From Opitutia bacterium (GTDB taxonomy: Bacteria > Verrucomicrobiota > Verrucomicrobiia > Opitutales > Opitutaceae): a stretch of DNA of 64,000 nt. Both the position numbers and the translations under genes were made by a program. The DNA is taken from contig CANJVR010000001.1 of NCBI GenBank assembly GCA_947478395.1, positions 96,001-160,000 of the forward strand. The letters are read 5' to 3'. Below, in pieces: positions 19,745 to 29,460 of the stretch (its first letter is position 1; every line of letters starts with the position of its first letter). The notes beneath the pieces were generated by a model. It was not told the DNA's origin. It was given only the letters and a program-made list of their open reading frames with translations, and ran no database searches.

Positions 19745-20389
19745 ATGGTTTCTTTTCCCCGCCTCCAGATTTCAGCTCTCATAACCACGGCCCTACTGCC
19801 GTTTTTACTGCCCGGTTGCGCGAGCCCGCCGGCCGATGCAATCGCTGCACCCCCATCAACTCGTGACAGTCCGGTGAACATGACCGGGCACGCTGATTAT
19901 TTCGCCGGCAAATTGAGCGCCACGGTGACGGTGAATCGCGGGCCGGGGAGGAAGCCGGAAGACCCCAACGCGCCGCCCGACCAACGCGCCACTCGCACCG
20001 GCGGGGGGCGAAGCCGCCGGGACGGGTCCGCGGCGATGGAGCCGCCGACCGGCGAGCGAGACCAAGGTTCAGCGCGAGGACGAACGGTCGCAGGCAGTCC
20101 GCTCCCCACCCTGACGCTACGGCTGAAATTGGAAAACCGGGGCACGCAATCGCTCGCCATTGAAATCATCGAGGTCAGCTCCGAACTGGGAAATTTCGCG
20201 GTTCGCCCAGCCAAGCTCGAAATTCCCGCGGGCGAAACGCTCGAACCCGATCCCATGTTTTCCAAGCTCGGGATCACATCCGATCCCATTCTAGTTAAAG
20301 TCGTGTTGCGGCTCGCCGGGGCCCGCGAAGATCAAACCATAGCCGTCGAGAGCGTGCGGGCCCCCGCGGTTTCGCCCCTTTCGCGTTAG
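19745..20389 (+). CDS. Hypothetical lipoprotein
   Basis: Lipobox-like LLPG-C, disordered middle region, beta-rich C-terminal domain. Confidence 0.65.
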   Translation: MVSFPRLQISALITTALLPFLLPGCASPPADAIAAPPSTRDSPVNMTGHADYFAGKLSATVTVNRGPGRKPEDPNAPPDQRATRTGGGRSRRDGSAAMEPPTGERDQGSARGRTVAGSPLPTLTLRLKLENRGTQSLAIEIIEVSSELGNFAVRPAKLEIPAGETLEPDPMFSKLGITSDPILVKVVLRLAGAREDQTIAVESVRAPAVSPLSR

Positions 20390-20485
20390 ACTAAGCCATC
20401 GAGGCGCACGGGGTCCATGCGAGTTGCACCGGAGGCCATTAAAAATGTTTCCCGTCGCCGGGTTCTGTGTGGTTAATGCTCGGCC

Positions 20486-21340
20486 ATGAATCCCCTGCGC
20501 AGCCTCGCCTTCGTCCTCAACGCCGAGAAACCCGGCGCATCCGAGCTCGCGGCCGAACTCATCACCGTCGCTCGGGCCGCCGGGGTGAAATGCAAGCGGA
20601 CCACGCGCTTCCCGATCGCGCGCGGTTGGCTCAAGGGATTCGACGCGTGCTGCGTCATCGGGGGCGACGGCACGCTCCTCGGCGTGGCGCGGGAAGCCGC
20701 CCGCGCGCAAGTTCCCGTCATCGGTGTCAACCGCGGCAACCTGGGATTCCTCACCACGTTTTCGGCCGAAGAAGTCAGGGCGCAGTTTCCCGCGCTGCTC
20801 CGGGGTGAGTTTCAACTTTCCCTACGCACCCTGCTCGCGTGCTCCACCCGCCCGGGCGCACACGACGTGGCGTTGAACGACGTGCTCGTGAAGGACCAGT
20901 TGAACTCGAAACTCGCCCACCTCGGGGTCTTCGCCGATGGCAAATTGGTGACCGAATATGCGTGCGACGGTCTGATTTTTTCCACGCCGACCGGCTCAAC
21001 GGCGTACAACCTTTCCGCCGGCGGCCCGCTCATTCACCCCGATGCCGAGGTGATCGCCATGACGCCCATCTGCCCGCACACGTTGAGCAACCGCTCGATC
21101 ATTTTCCGGCACGACGTCCGCCTGCGCATCTACAATCGCGGTCCCGGATCTACTCTGCTCGTGGCGATGGATGGCCAGCGCGACCATGTGAGCGCCACCG
21201 GTGCGCCGATTGAAATCTCCATCGCCCCACTGCGGTTGCCCTTGGTGCAACGACTCGACCACGCCCATTTCGCGGTCGTCCGCACAAAATTGCACTGGAG
21301 CGGCGGTTTCGTGGAGAAAATTTCTCCCACCAGCCAGTGA
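20486..21340 (+). CDS. nadK: NAD(+) kinase
   Basis: GGDGT, GNLGFL, ALND, DGLIFSTPTGSTAYNLSAGGP, TPICPHTL. Confidence 0.96.
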   Translation: MNPLRSLAFVLNAEKPGASELAAELITVARAAGVKCKRTTRFPIARGWLKGFDACCVIGGDGTLLGVAREAARAQVPVIGVNRGNLGFLTTFSAEEVRAQFPALLRGEFQLSLRTLLACSTRPGAHDVALNDVLVKDQLNSKLAHLGVFADGKLVTEYACDGLIFSTPTGSTAYNLSAGGPLIHPDAEVIAMTPICPHTLSNRSIIFRHDVRLRIYNRGPGSTLLVAMDGQRDHVSATGAPIEISIAPLRLPLVQRLDHAHFAVVRTKLHWSGGFVEKISPTSQ

Positions 21341-21558
21341 GATTTTCCCGGCAAGGAGGCTAAAAGCGCCGGCTCAGCTTAGCGCAAGCCGTGGGGTTTA
21401 TCCGCCTCCGGCCGCGCCGATAACGACCAGACCCTGCTCGCGGGTCTTCCTCCGCAGCGCGTCCGCGTTTCGCTACTCGGCGCGACTCGGCGCACCAAGA
21501 GAGTGACTCCCAACCTGCGCATTAAGGCTAACCCACCCTAACTTCTGGGCCAGCGCGG

Positions 21559-21593
21559 AAAACGAAAAGCCCCGGTGAACCGTCACCGGGGCT
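21559..21593 (-). terminator. Rho-independent terminator
   Basis: agccccggtga/tcaccggggct stem followed on the minus strand by tttcgtttt. Confidence 0.7.
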
Positions 21594-21621
21594 CGCTCAC
21601 TCGGACGTCTTCCAGGCAACG

Positions 21622-21891
21622 TCACTCCTTCTTCATCTTCTTCGCACTGGCCTTGCTCTCCGCTTTGGCCTTGTCGGCGTCGGCCTTCATCGCGGCCTTT
21701 TCCACGGCATCGAGTTTACCGTCTTTGTTCGCATCGTACTTCGCCAGCATCTCGGCGTCGTGTTCGGCTTTTTTTGCTTTGGCCGCGGACTTCGTGTCGG
21801 CGACTTCGGCGCGGACCGCGGGAACGGACAGAGCGAGGGCGGAGACAACCAGGATCAGGGAGCGGAGGCAGTGGGATGTATTGTTTTTCAT
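21622..21891 (-). CDS. Small secreted EF-hand protein
   Basis: Signal peptide (AVRA), EF-hand loop DANKDGKLDAVE, K/A-rich. Confidence 0.8.
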   Translation of the reverse strand: MKNNTSHCLRSLILVVSALALSVPAVRAEVADTKSAAKAKKAEHDAEMLAKYDANKDGKLDAVEKAAMKADADKAKAESKASAKKMKKE

Positions 21892-22159
21892 AACACCGCC
21901 CAATTTGATTCCTCCATTTCTGAAATCCAGTCCCCGGCGTGTCACGGTGTGTCACCCATTTCTGTCATCAGCGATTTTACACTGGTCTCCGCGTTTCCGA
22001 TCGCCACGGGCAAGCGCGTGGAATCGGCGCGAGGACCGGCGCGACTCTCGTGGAGGTCAACGACGTGCCGTGAGACCGCCGGCGCGGTCCCCTCAATCCT
22101 CAAATGTGGGCCGGGGGCCCTCACCCCGCCTCCATTGATCAAAAACCGTCGCCGCCGAC

Positions 22160-24736
22160 CTACGGTCGCACGACCAGTTGCGTGCGCTGGCTGCGCTGAA
22201 AATATTTCTGCGCGAAAGCCGCGAGATCGGCGATGGTCACCGCGTCGATTTTCGCGTCGTAGCTGCGCCACGCGTTGAGCGGCTGGCCTTGGAGCGTGTT
22301 GAGTGTCGCCTGTAACGCGCGCGAAGAATTGGTCTGCATCGACTGGCGTTGTCCGGCCTTCAATCGCGCCTGGCAGCGCTTGAGTTCCACGTCCTCCACG
22401 CCACCCGCCTGTACCCGTGCGATCTCCGCGTCGATCTCGGTCAGCACCTCGCCTTCCTTCCCCGGCTGCGTCCCGGCGAAGAAATAAAACATGCCGACGT
22501 CGAGCCCAAGCACGCGGCCCGAGCGGACAAAGTACGCCAACCCCTTTTCCTCGCGCACGCGCTCGAACAGCCGCGAGGCCATGCCGCTAAACAATTCATC
22601 GGCCACTTCGCCCACGTAATAGTCCGGCGCGTGTACCCGCGTGCCGGGAAACGCCTGCAACACGACGGCCTGCTCGCGCGGTTGCTTTTCGACGAAATCG
22701 CCGACCGCGGCCGGTAGGGCATAAGACGGGTCTGAGGACAGCACCGCTTTGGGCACCGCCCCACGCGGGATTTTCGCGAGGAAGGCCTTCAGCTTCGGCC
22801 CCAGTTTTTTCGCGTCGAAATCGCCCGCCACCGCCAGCACGACGTTGGACGACACGAATAGCTTTCGATACAACGCTTTTAATTTGGCGGGTGTCAGAGC
22901 TCTGACGCCCGCTTCGTCCCCGAATGCGTCGACCGCGAGCGGATGAGCGCCGAAGAATTTTTTCCGCGCGAGCTTGCGGGCCAAGGTCACGACGTCGTCA
23001 GCGTCCTGCGCCAGACTCGCCAGCTGGGCATCGCGCTCCAGCGCAAACGCCGCCGGCTTGAACGCGGGCCTGAGCACCGCATCGGAAATCACCGCGAGAG
23101 CGCGATCCACATCGGGTGGAAGCACCTCGGCCGCGACGCCAAGACTGTTATTGCCCGCCAGCGGATGAAACGATCCGCCAACTTCCTCAATAAATTGCGC
23201 GACCTGCGCGGCGGTACGCTTGCCCGCATCCTTGGTCAGCAGGGTCGACAGCAAGGAAGTCGACCCCCGCTCACCCGGCTCCTCGAACAGCACGCCACCA
23301 TTCACGGCGAGGCGAAAATGCACGTTCGGCAGCCGATGATCCGGCTGGAGCAAGAGGCGCGCACCGTTGGGCAACTTGATCTCCTCGAAATCGACGGTCG
23401 CATTCCGGGATTGTTTCGCCGCCACCACCGCGACGCCAGCCGCCGTCGGATTAAGCGAGATCGATGTGAGTCGCGCCGGCATCAGATAGGTGCGCAGCAT
23501 CCGGCTCAAATCAGCCGGGGTCACGGCCCGCAATTGATCGAAATAGGACCGGCTGTAATCGAGATCACCCACGACCACTTCGGCCGCTCCGAGTCGCGAG
23601 GCCTGGCCACTCATGGTTTTGCGGGAGTTGATTTCCCCGACGACGACCTGACGAAGGGCCTTTTTGAGCTGAGCCGCCGTGAAGCCTTTCGTGGCGTGAC
23701 GCGCCAGATGCCGCTCGATCGCATGAACCGCCGCGACGCGTTTGTCCGCGTCCGCCGTGAAGCTGATACAAAATAGTCCACTGCTGCCCGGATTCCACGC
23801 CGACGCATCGACACTGTGGACCAGCCCGGTTTTCTCGCGGATTTCCTGCCAGAGCACGGAGCTGTCTCCGCCGCCCAAAACCGTCGCCAAGAGATCGAGG
23901 ATCGGAGCGTCTTCGTGCGTGAGACCCGGAATCGGCCACGTCAATGCGCCGCGCGTCAGCTCCACGTCTTCGAAGCGGTGCAGTGATCGCGGCGCCAGTT
24001 GCATCGGCTCGTCTGGCACGTACACCGGCGCGATTTTAACGCGTGGCGCCGCCCCGAAGTGGGTCTCGACCGCCGCTCGCGTCGCGGCGAGATCGATGTC
24101 ACCGACGATGACCACGACCAAGTTATTGGGGACGTAACGCGCGCGGTAGTAATCGAGCAGGTCCTGGTGGGTAACGGCGGAAAATACGTCGCGATGCCCG
24201 ATGATCGGCTGACGGTAAGGATGCACGCGGAAGGCCGTGGAAAAAAGCGCGTCCCACAGCCGGCTGTCGGGTTCGTCCTTGGTCATGGCGATCTCGCGCA
24301 AAATCACGTCCTTTTCCTTTGCCGTCTCATCGGCCGGCAAGGTCGAACGCAGCACCGCGTCAGCCAGAATATCGATGGCCACGTCGGTGTGTTCGCTCGG
24401 CAGATCGATATAGTAAACGGTGCGGTCAAACGTCGTGTAGGCATTGATGTAGCCGCCGTGAGCCTGGACCGTCGCGGAGATCTCGCGGCCGGCCCGGCGC
24501 GACGTGCCTTTGAAGAGCATGTGCTCGAGATAATGAGAGAGGCCCGCGCCGAGGTGCTCGCCCTCGTGGATACTGCCGGTTTTCACCCAGACCTGCACCG
24601 AAGCCAGCGCCGCCGAGCGGTCCGGCTTCAGAATGAGCGTGAGGCCGTTCGGCAAAATCGTGCGCTCCACCGGTTCCTGCCAAAACGGATCGAGCAGGCG
24701 GAGATCGGCGGCCAGTGAGACGGAAGGTTTTGGCAT
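22160..24736 (-). CDS. M16 (pitrilysin/insulinase) family zinc peptidase
   Basis: HYLEH (HxxEH), NAYTTFDRTVY, duplicated LPNG halves. Confidence 0.94.
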   Translation of the reverse strand: MPKPSVSLAADLRLLDPFWQEPVERTILPNGLTLILKPDRSAALASVQVWVKTGSIHEGEHLGAGLSHYLEHMLFKGTSRRAGREISATVQAHGGYINAYTTFDRTVYYIDLPSEHTDVAIDILADAVLRSTLPADETAKEKDVILREIAMTKDEPDSRLWDALFSTAFRVHPYRQPIIGHRDVFSAVTHQDLLDYYRARYVPNNLVVVIVGDIDLAATRAAVETHFGAAPRVKIAPVYVPDEPMQLAPRSLHRFEDVELTRGALTWPIPGLTHEDAPILDLLATVLGGGDSSVLWQEIREKTGLVHSVDASAWNPGSSGLFCISFTADADKRVAAVHAIERHLARHATKGFTAAQLKKALRQVVVGEINSRKTMSGQASRLGAAEVVVGDLDYSRSYFDQLRAVTPADLSRMLRTYLMPARLTSISLNPTAAGVAVVAAKQSRNATVDFEEIKLPNGARLLLQPDHRLPNVHFRLAVNGGVLFEEPGERGSTSLLSTLLTKDAGKRTAAQVAQFIEEVGGSFHPLAGNNSLGVAAEVLPPDVDRALAVISDAVLRPAFKPAAFALERDAQLASLAQDADDVVTLARKLARKKFFGAHPLAVDAFGDEAGVRALTPAKLKALYRKLFVSSNVVLAVAGDFDAKKLGPKLKAFLAKIPRGAVPKAVLSSDPSYALPAAVGDFVEKQPREQAVVLQAFPGTRVHAPDYYVGEVADELFSGMASRLFERVREEKGLAYFVRSGRVLGLDVGMFYFFAGTQPGKEGEVLTEIDAEIARVQAGGVEDVELKRCQARLKAGQRQSMQTNSSRALQATLNTLQGQPLNAWRSYDAKIDAVTIADLAAFAQKYFQRSQRTQLVVRP

Positions 24737-24799
24737 GGAACGACAGTGAAAATAAAAAAGCTAACGTGCAACCGACGGGGCCTCAACGGGCGCCCTCGA

Positions 24800-25219
24800 C
24801 TACTTTTCCAGCGGCGCGGCGCGACGCTTGGCGGGATGGAACGGCTTCACGAACGCATCATCGAAGCTATAGATATCCGTAAAATCCTCCGGACGATCGC
24901 TCTCCGTTTTGGAAAATACACCGTACTCGATGAGGTTGAAAACGATGTCGCCGAAATCGCGGCAGCGACGGACGCCCCAGGCGTTGAGCACGGTCTTGGT
25001 GAGCGGGCCGTATTGTTCGAGGGCGTAGGACCGCAGACCTTCCAGCAATTCCGGACCCGAGACATGACGCGAGCGCTCGGCCTTGGCCGTTTCCTTCTTC
25101 CGAATCTCCTTCACGGTATGATCGAGACCATGGCGCACGAAGTCGTACGCCTTGCGATCGAAGCGCGGGTCTTCTTTGCAGATGAGTGCAACTTTTTCGG
25201 CAAAATCCGGGTCTTGCAT
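24800..25219 (-). CDS. PVC-restricted conserved protein (Minf_1886-like)
   Basis: DPRF...AYDFV...RHVSG.ELLEG...WGV....DFGDIVFNL...D..EDF pattern, recognised from memory. Confidence 0.75.
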   Translation of the reverse strand: MQDPDFAEKVALICKEDPRFDRKAYDFVRHGLDHTVKEIRKKETAKAERSRHVSGPELLEGLRSYALEQYGPLTKTVLNAWGVRRCRDFGDIVFNLIEYGVFSKTESDRPEDFTDIYSFDDAFVKPFHPAKRRAAPLEK

Positions 25220-25378
25220 GCGGTGGCGCTCAAATAGGCACACCCTTAGACTCCGTGCAATCCTTGGGTCGTATTGGATTATTGCGCCGCAGATTTTCCA
25301 AAAAAACCACGAAACAGCCCGGTTTTACGCGGAGGAAATTCACGTAATTATAAATTGTCGCCCAAAAGATTCGCCCTG

Positions 25379-25892
25379 ATCACCTCGACCAAGACGGATT
25401 TTCCGGCGGCTTCCGCTCCGACCGGGATCGTCAGCTTCATCGAGTCTGCCTAGATCAAACTCAAAGGCGCCGGGTGAGCATCACTCAAAGCGCACCTCGC
25501 CATTCGCGCTGATCCCATCAGGCGCAACCAGCCCACCAGCATCGAGCAGCTCCACTAGGAACTCGCCCACAACGCGGGCGAATTGCGCACTGTTTACCGC
25601 TGCATGGACACGTTTGATCAAATCAGCCTCGTGCGCCGCAGCTTCTATCACGACGACTCCAGCCCCTCCGCGATCAATCCCGGCGAACCCACCTGGCCCC
25701 CGCATGATCTTGAAGTCCACCAAAGGCGTCGCGGCGCTCGATCCAAAAATCTTCGCCGAAGACCGCGCTACCGTGCTTGCCGTCGAGGAGAAATTGCGCG
25801 CCAAGGGCTACCTGGCGGTCGGGCCCATCGCAGTTTTTTGGGCACCCCGCCGAACCGGCGCGTTTAGGATCACTCGCCCTACCCTTTTTTAA
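25379..25892 (+). pseudogene. Decayed gene of unknown family
   Basis: Coding-like frame with in-frame stops at 25451, 25475 and 25556, and an apparent frameshift in the C-run near 25697. Confidence 0.4.
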
Positions 25893-25899
25893 GTCTGCC

Positions 25900-28800
25900 C
25901 TACCGCTCGCCGCCGAGCCGAATCCGTGGGTCAAGCCAAAGCAGCAGCAGGTCGCTGACGAGGGTACCCACCACCGCAAGCAGACTGAGCACCATCAGCA
26001 TCGAACCCGCGAGATAGACATCTTCAACCAACAGCGCGTCGAGCATCGTCGGGCCGATCATCGGCAGACTCATGACCATGGCCACGATCGCTCCCCCGGA
26101 AACCAGCTGAGGGAAAAGTCCGCCCAAACTGGAGACGAACGGGTTCAACGCCAGCCGCACCGGATATTTCAGAAGAAGCTTCAGCGGACGCACGCCTTTG
26201 GCGCGAGCCGTGACCACGTATGGCTTGTTCAGTTCATCGAGTAAATTAGCCCGCATGACCCGACTCATCCCGGCCACGCCCCCCACTCCGAGCACTACAA
26301 CCGGCAGCCAGATGTGTTTCAGCAAGTCGCCGATTTTCGCTCCACTCCACCCGCTAAGGCTCGAAAACTCCGGCGAAAACAATCCATCCAGGCTGACACC
26401 GAGCCATCGCTTCGCGAGAAACATCACCACGAGCGCGAGCAGAAACGCGGGCACGGACATGCCCATGAATCCGAGTGTAGTCAGCGCATAGTCGCCCACT
26501 GAATATGGGCGAACCGCCGAATAAATTCCCGCGGGCACGGCGATCAACCACACCAGCAGCAGAGTCGAAACCGATACGATCAGCGTGAGCGCGATGCGAT
26601 CGCCGATCACCTCGTTCACCGATTTTTCATGCTCCATCGACAGCCCGAGATACCCCTGCAACAAGCCCGCGTCCACCGCGTCGAACGTGGTGAACCACGT
26701 CAGGCCCAGCCAGTGCGCGTAGCGCCGCGCCATGGATTCATCGAGGTGAAAATTATGGCGAAGATCGGCCGCGAGTTGTTCATTACTGGGCGCACCATCG
26801 AGCTCAAGCCGGGCAACGCGGGTCGTGACGAAATCGCCGGGCGGCAGTTGCACGAGACCGAAGACGATCACCGAAACCACCAGTAGGGTCGGGATCATCA
26901 ACAGCAGCCGGCGGCCGAGAAACGGATGCCGCAGCGCGATGAGCCCTAGTACGAGCAATCCCGCGCCGACGAAGAGCGTCCGCAAAATCGCGCCTATTCC
27001 CGCCCCGGTCATCGCCCCGGCTTCCCCTCTGATCTGAGCGACGCCAGGCGCGGGCGTGATTGCGACAATAGCCCGCTTCGTCTGCTCGAAGATCGCAGCG
27101 CCATCGGCGGTTTTTTCCCAAAAATAGGTTTCCATGCCCGTGTTGGCGGGAGTCTGAAAGCCCGAGCCAAAGAGCGCCGTGCGCGGGACGTTGCGAAATC
27201 CATTTTTAACTACGACCAATTGGGGTGGCGGCGTGGCGACACTGATCGTCCAGAGATTATCCGCGGCCAGATTCAACACCTCGTCGAAACGCGACCGGCG
27301 CTCCGCCTCGGTTAATAACTTTGTCGTCTCCTCGAATAATTCCATGGCGCGGCGTAACGGATGCCCGAGCGGTGGCGCCATGGCGGCGGGGCGTTGGGCC
27401 GCGGGGTCACCATAAAGTCCGCCGTATTGATTCCAGATACCGAAGCGCGGCGCGAAAAACGATTCGCTGTAGGTCGGCAGAAAATTGCGCGGCTCGGCCA
27501 GCGGATAGAATTCGCTCTCGCCCGTCCACACCGTGAAGTCGTGCTCGAAGGTGAGTTTTTCCTGGTCGAACAGCCGGCGCGCCCGCTGCCGCGGATTGAC
27601 GCGCACGCCCACCGCCGCCCAGTCGTCCACGATAAACTGGGCCGGTCCCGCGATGGTGTAGTCGGATAAATTCAACGCGAAACTCATCCGCAACCCGCCG
27701 GGAAACGTCCGAAATCCTTCGCCGTCGCGGTGCGTCAGCCCGAGTTCGTCGAGCAGGCGGTTGGCCTCCGCCGGATCATACGCGGTGAACGCATGAGACA
27801 GCCGCTCGCTGTGAAACGGCGAATCCGGTCCGGGCTCAATCTGCGCGGGCTCCGCCTGCCCGTTGAATTCCGCGTCGATGATATCGCGCCGGTTAATCGC
27901 GAGCGAAAGCGCCTGCCGGAAACGGCGCTCGTTCAGCAGATCGTGTTTCAACTTCGTCTCGGGCTGCGCCGGATCGACCCGCCGGTTCAAATTCGGAAAC
28001 ACCGTGAAGAGGGAACGCGCCGACGGTTTCCAGTGATAAACCTCGTAGCCGTTGCGCGCCGCGCTGCCGACCAACAGCGTGTGATCCTCGTAGCGGATAT
28101 TGCGCTCCTGCATCGACGGCTCGCCGTTGGCGGCGGACACCGCGATCAGGTTATTGGTTTTGATGTCGACCACGACGCGATCGAGGTACGGCAGCTGGTT
28201 GCCCTGCGGATCGACGGCAAAGTAGTAGGGATTCCGCACCAAAATCTGCGGCGTCGTCGGCGCGTAGGTGTGATAGACCCACGGCCACAACCGCGGAAAC
28301 TCAGGATTGAAGTAGTGCTTCATCCGTTTGTAGACCGCGACCGGACTCGAGAGCTTGAGTGCCGCCATCGTGCGCTGGATCAACGCCTGATCGCCCAGCT
28401 CCGGGTGGTACTGGCGCAGGTAGTGCGCCGGGACGATGTGGTCCGTGAAGTCCTCCCAGTTCATCCCGACCGACGCCAACCGCTCGATAAAAAGCGGATT
28501 CGGCTGGAGAAACGTGAAACGCACGCGGAGGTCATCGACTTTTTCCACTACGCCGAGGCTCGGACCGGCGCGGAGAAATTTCGGCTGGGCCTTGAAATAT
28601 TTCACCTCGTGCTCGTACCAGTAAACGAGGTCCTCGCTCGTGAACGGATGTCCGTCCGACCAACGCACCCCGCGGCGCAACGTGAAAGTGAACACCCGTT
28701 GGTCGGGAGAAATCTCCCACGATTTCGCCAGGTGCGGCACGATAGGATAACCCTGCGGCGACCAGCGCACCAGATTTGGCGCCGAGAGCCGCCACGCGAT

Positions 28801-29214
28801 GGTGCTCACGTCGTTGCTCGAGTTCGCGAGACGATACCACGTGCCGCCGTAGTTACCGTTGCCCTCGGGCCCGGCCATGACGATGGGCTCCGGCCCGGTG
28901 CGCTCCGCCACCGGCGGCAACCGCCCCTCACTCACGAGCGCCGCGAGTACCGGCGCCTCGCCCTTTGGCCACCACGCCGACCGTGCGCCCTCCGCATAAT
29001 CCACGGTCTGCACCACGACCGGGGCGTGATCGCGGTCGATCCGCGCCGCACTCAACCGGGCCTTTTCGATCACGGCGAGTTCCGCCGGCGGCGGCGGTGC
29101 TGGCGGGGTCTTCACATCCGGCCGCAGCCAACGGCCGCACCAGTAGAGTAAAAGGGTGAACGCCAATGCCGCGGCGGCGAAACCGGCAAGAGGGGCAAGA
29201 AGGCGCTTGGTCAC
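25900..29214 (-). CDS. Fused peptide/oligosaccharide ABC substrate-binding protein (family 5) plus DppB/OppB-type permease
   Basis: N-terminal SBP motifs (LPPVAER, LAKSWE.S.D, F.LR.GVRWSDG, RNPYYF.VD..GNQLPYLD, FRQALSLAINR); C-terminal LPPGD, EAA loop (RANLLDELNKPYV.TARAKG), LDPRI; single uninterrupted frame. Confidence 0.9.
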   Translation of the reverse strand: MTKRLLAPLAGFAAAALAFTLLLYWCGRWLRPDVKTPPAPPPPAELAVIEKARLSAARIDRDHAPVVVQTVDYAEGARSAWWPKGEAPVLAALVSEGRLPPVAERTGPEPIVMAGPEGNGNYGGTWYRLANSSNDVSTIAWRLSAPNLVRWSPQGYPIVPHLAKSWEISPDQRVFTFTLRRGVRWSDGHPFTSEDLVYWYEHEVKYFKAQPKFLRAGPSLGVVEKVDDLRVRFTFLQPNPLFIERLASVGMNWEDFTDHIVPAHYLRQYHPELGDQALIQRTMAALKLSSPVAVYKRMKHYFNPEFPRLWPWVYHTYAPTTPQILVRNPYYFAVDPQGNQLPYLDRVVVDIKTNNLIAVSAANGEPSMQERNIRYEDHTLLVGSAARNGYEVYHWKPSARSLFTVFPNLNRRVDPAQPETKLKHDLLNERRFRQALSLAINRRDIIDAEFNGQAEPAQIEPGPDSPFHSERLSHAFTAYDPAEANRLLDELGLTHRDGEGFRTFPGGLRMSFALNLSDYTIAGPAQFIVDDWAAVGVRVNPRQRARRLFDQEKLTFEHDFTVWTGESEFYPLAEPRNFLPTYSESFFAPRFGIWNQYGGLYGDPAAQRPAAMAPPLGHPLRRAMELFEETTKLLTEAERRSRFDEVLNLAADNLWTISVATPPPQLVVVKNGFRNVPRTALFGSGFQTPANTGMETYFWEKTADGAAIFEQTKRAIVAITPAPGVAQIRGEAGAMTGAGIGAILRTLFVGAGLLVLGLIALRHPFLGRRLLLMIPTLLVVSVIVFGLVQLPPGDFVTTRVARLELDGAPSNEQLAADLRHNFHLDESMARRYAHWLGLTWFTTFDAVDAGLLQGYLGLSMEHEKSVNEVIGDRIALTLIVSVSTLLLVWLIAVPAGIYSAVRPYSVGDYALTTLGFMGMSVPAFLLALVVMFLAKRWLGVSLDGLFSPEFSSLSGWSGAKIGDLLKHIWLPVVVLGVGGVAGMSRVMRANLLDELNKPYVVTARAKGVRPLKLLLKYPVRLALNPFVSSLGGLFPQLVSGGAIVAMVMSLPMIGPTMLDALLVEDVYLAGSMLMVLSLLAVVGTLVSDLLLLWLDPRIRLGGER

Positions 29215-29460
29215 AATAAAACCCCCGCAAGAAATTATTCGGGCCCCGCGAACGCAACGCTGTTCCCGCCTCAACCCGGCCAAAATTCACCGCCCCGCAC
29301 CGCCCGCCATCCGCCGGAAACCCCCGTTCCAACATGTCACCTATTAAGTGACGTTCCCTCTGGAAATCGGCGCGGCCAAGGTGGGCGCGGACCCGCGGGG
29401 AAATAGGCCGCTAAGGCCTCGCACGCTTGCCATCCGGGAGCGCGCGTGGAAAGAAAACGC

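Noticed and set aside
27730..29151. 473-aa + strand ORF
   Set aside because: Antisense shadow of the ABC fusion gene.
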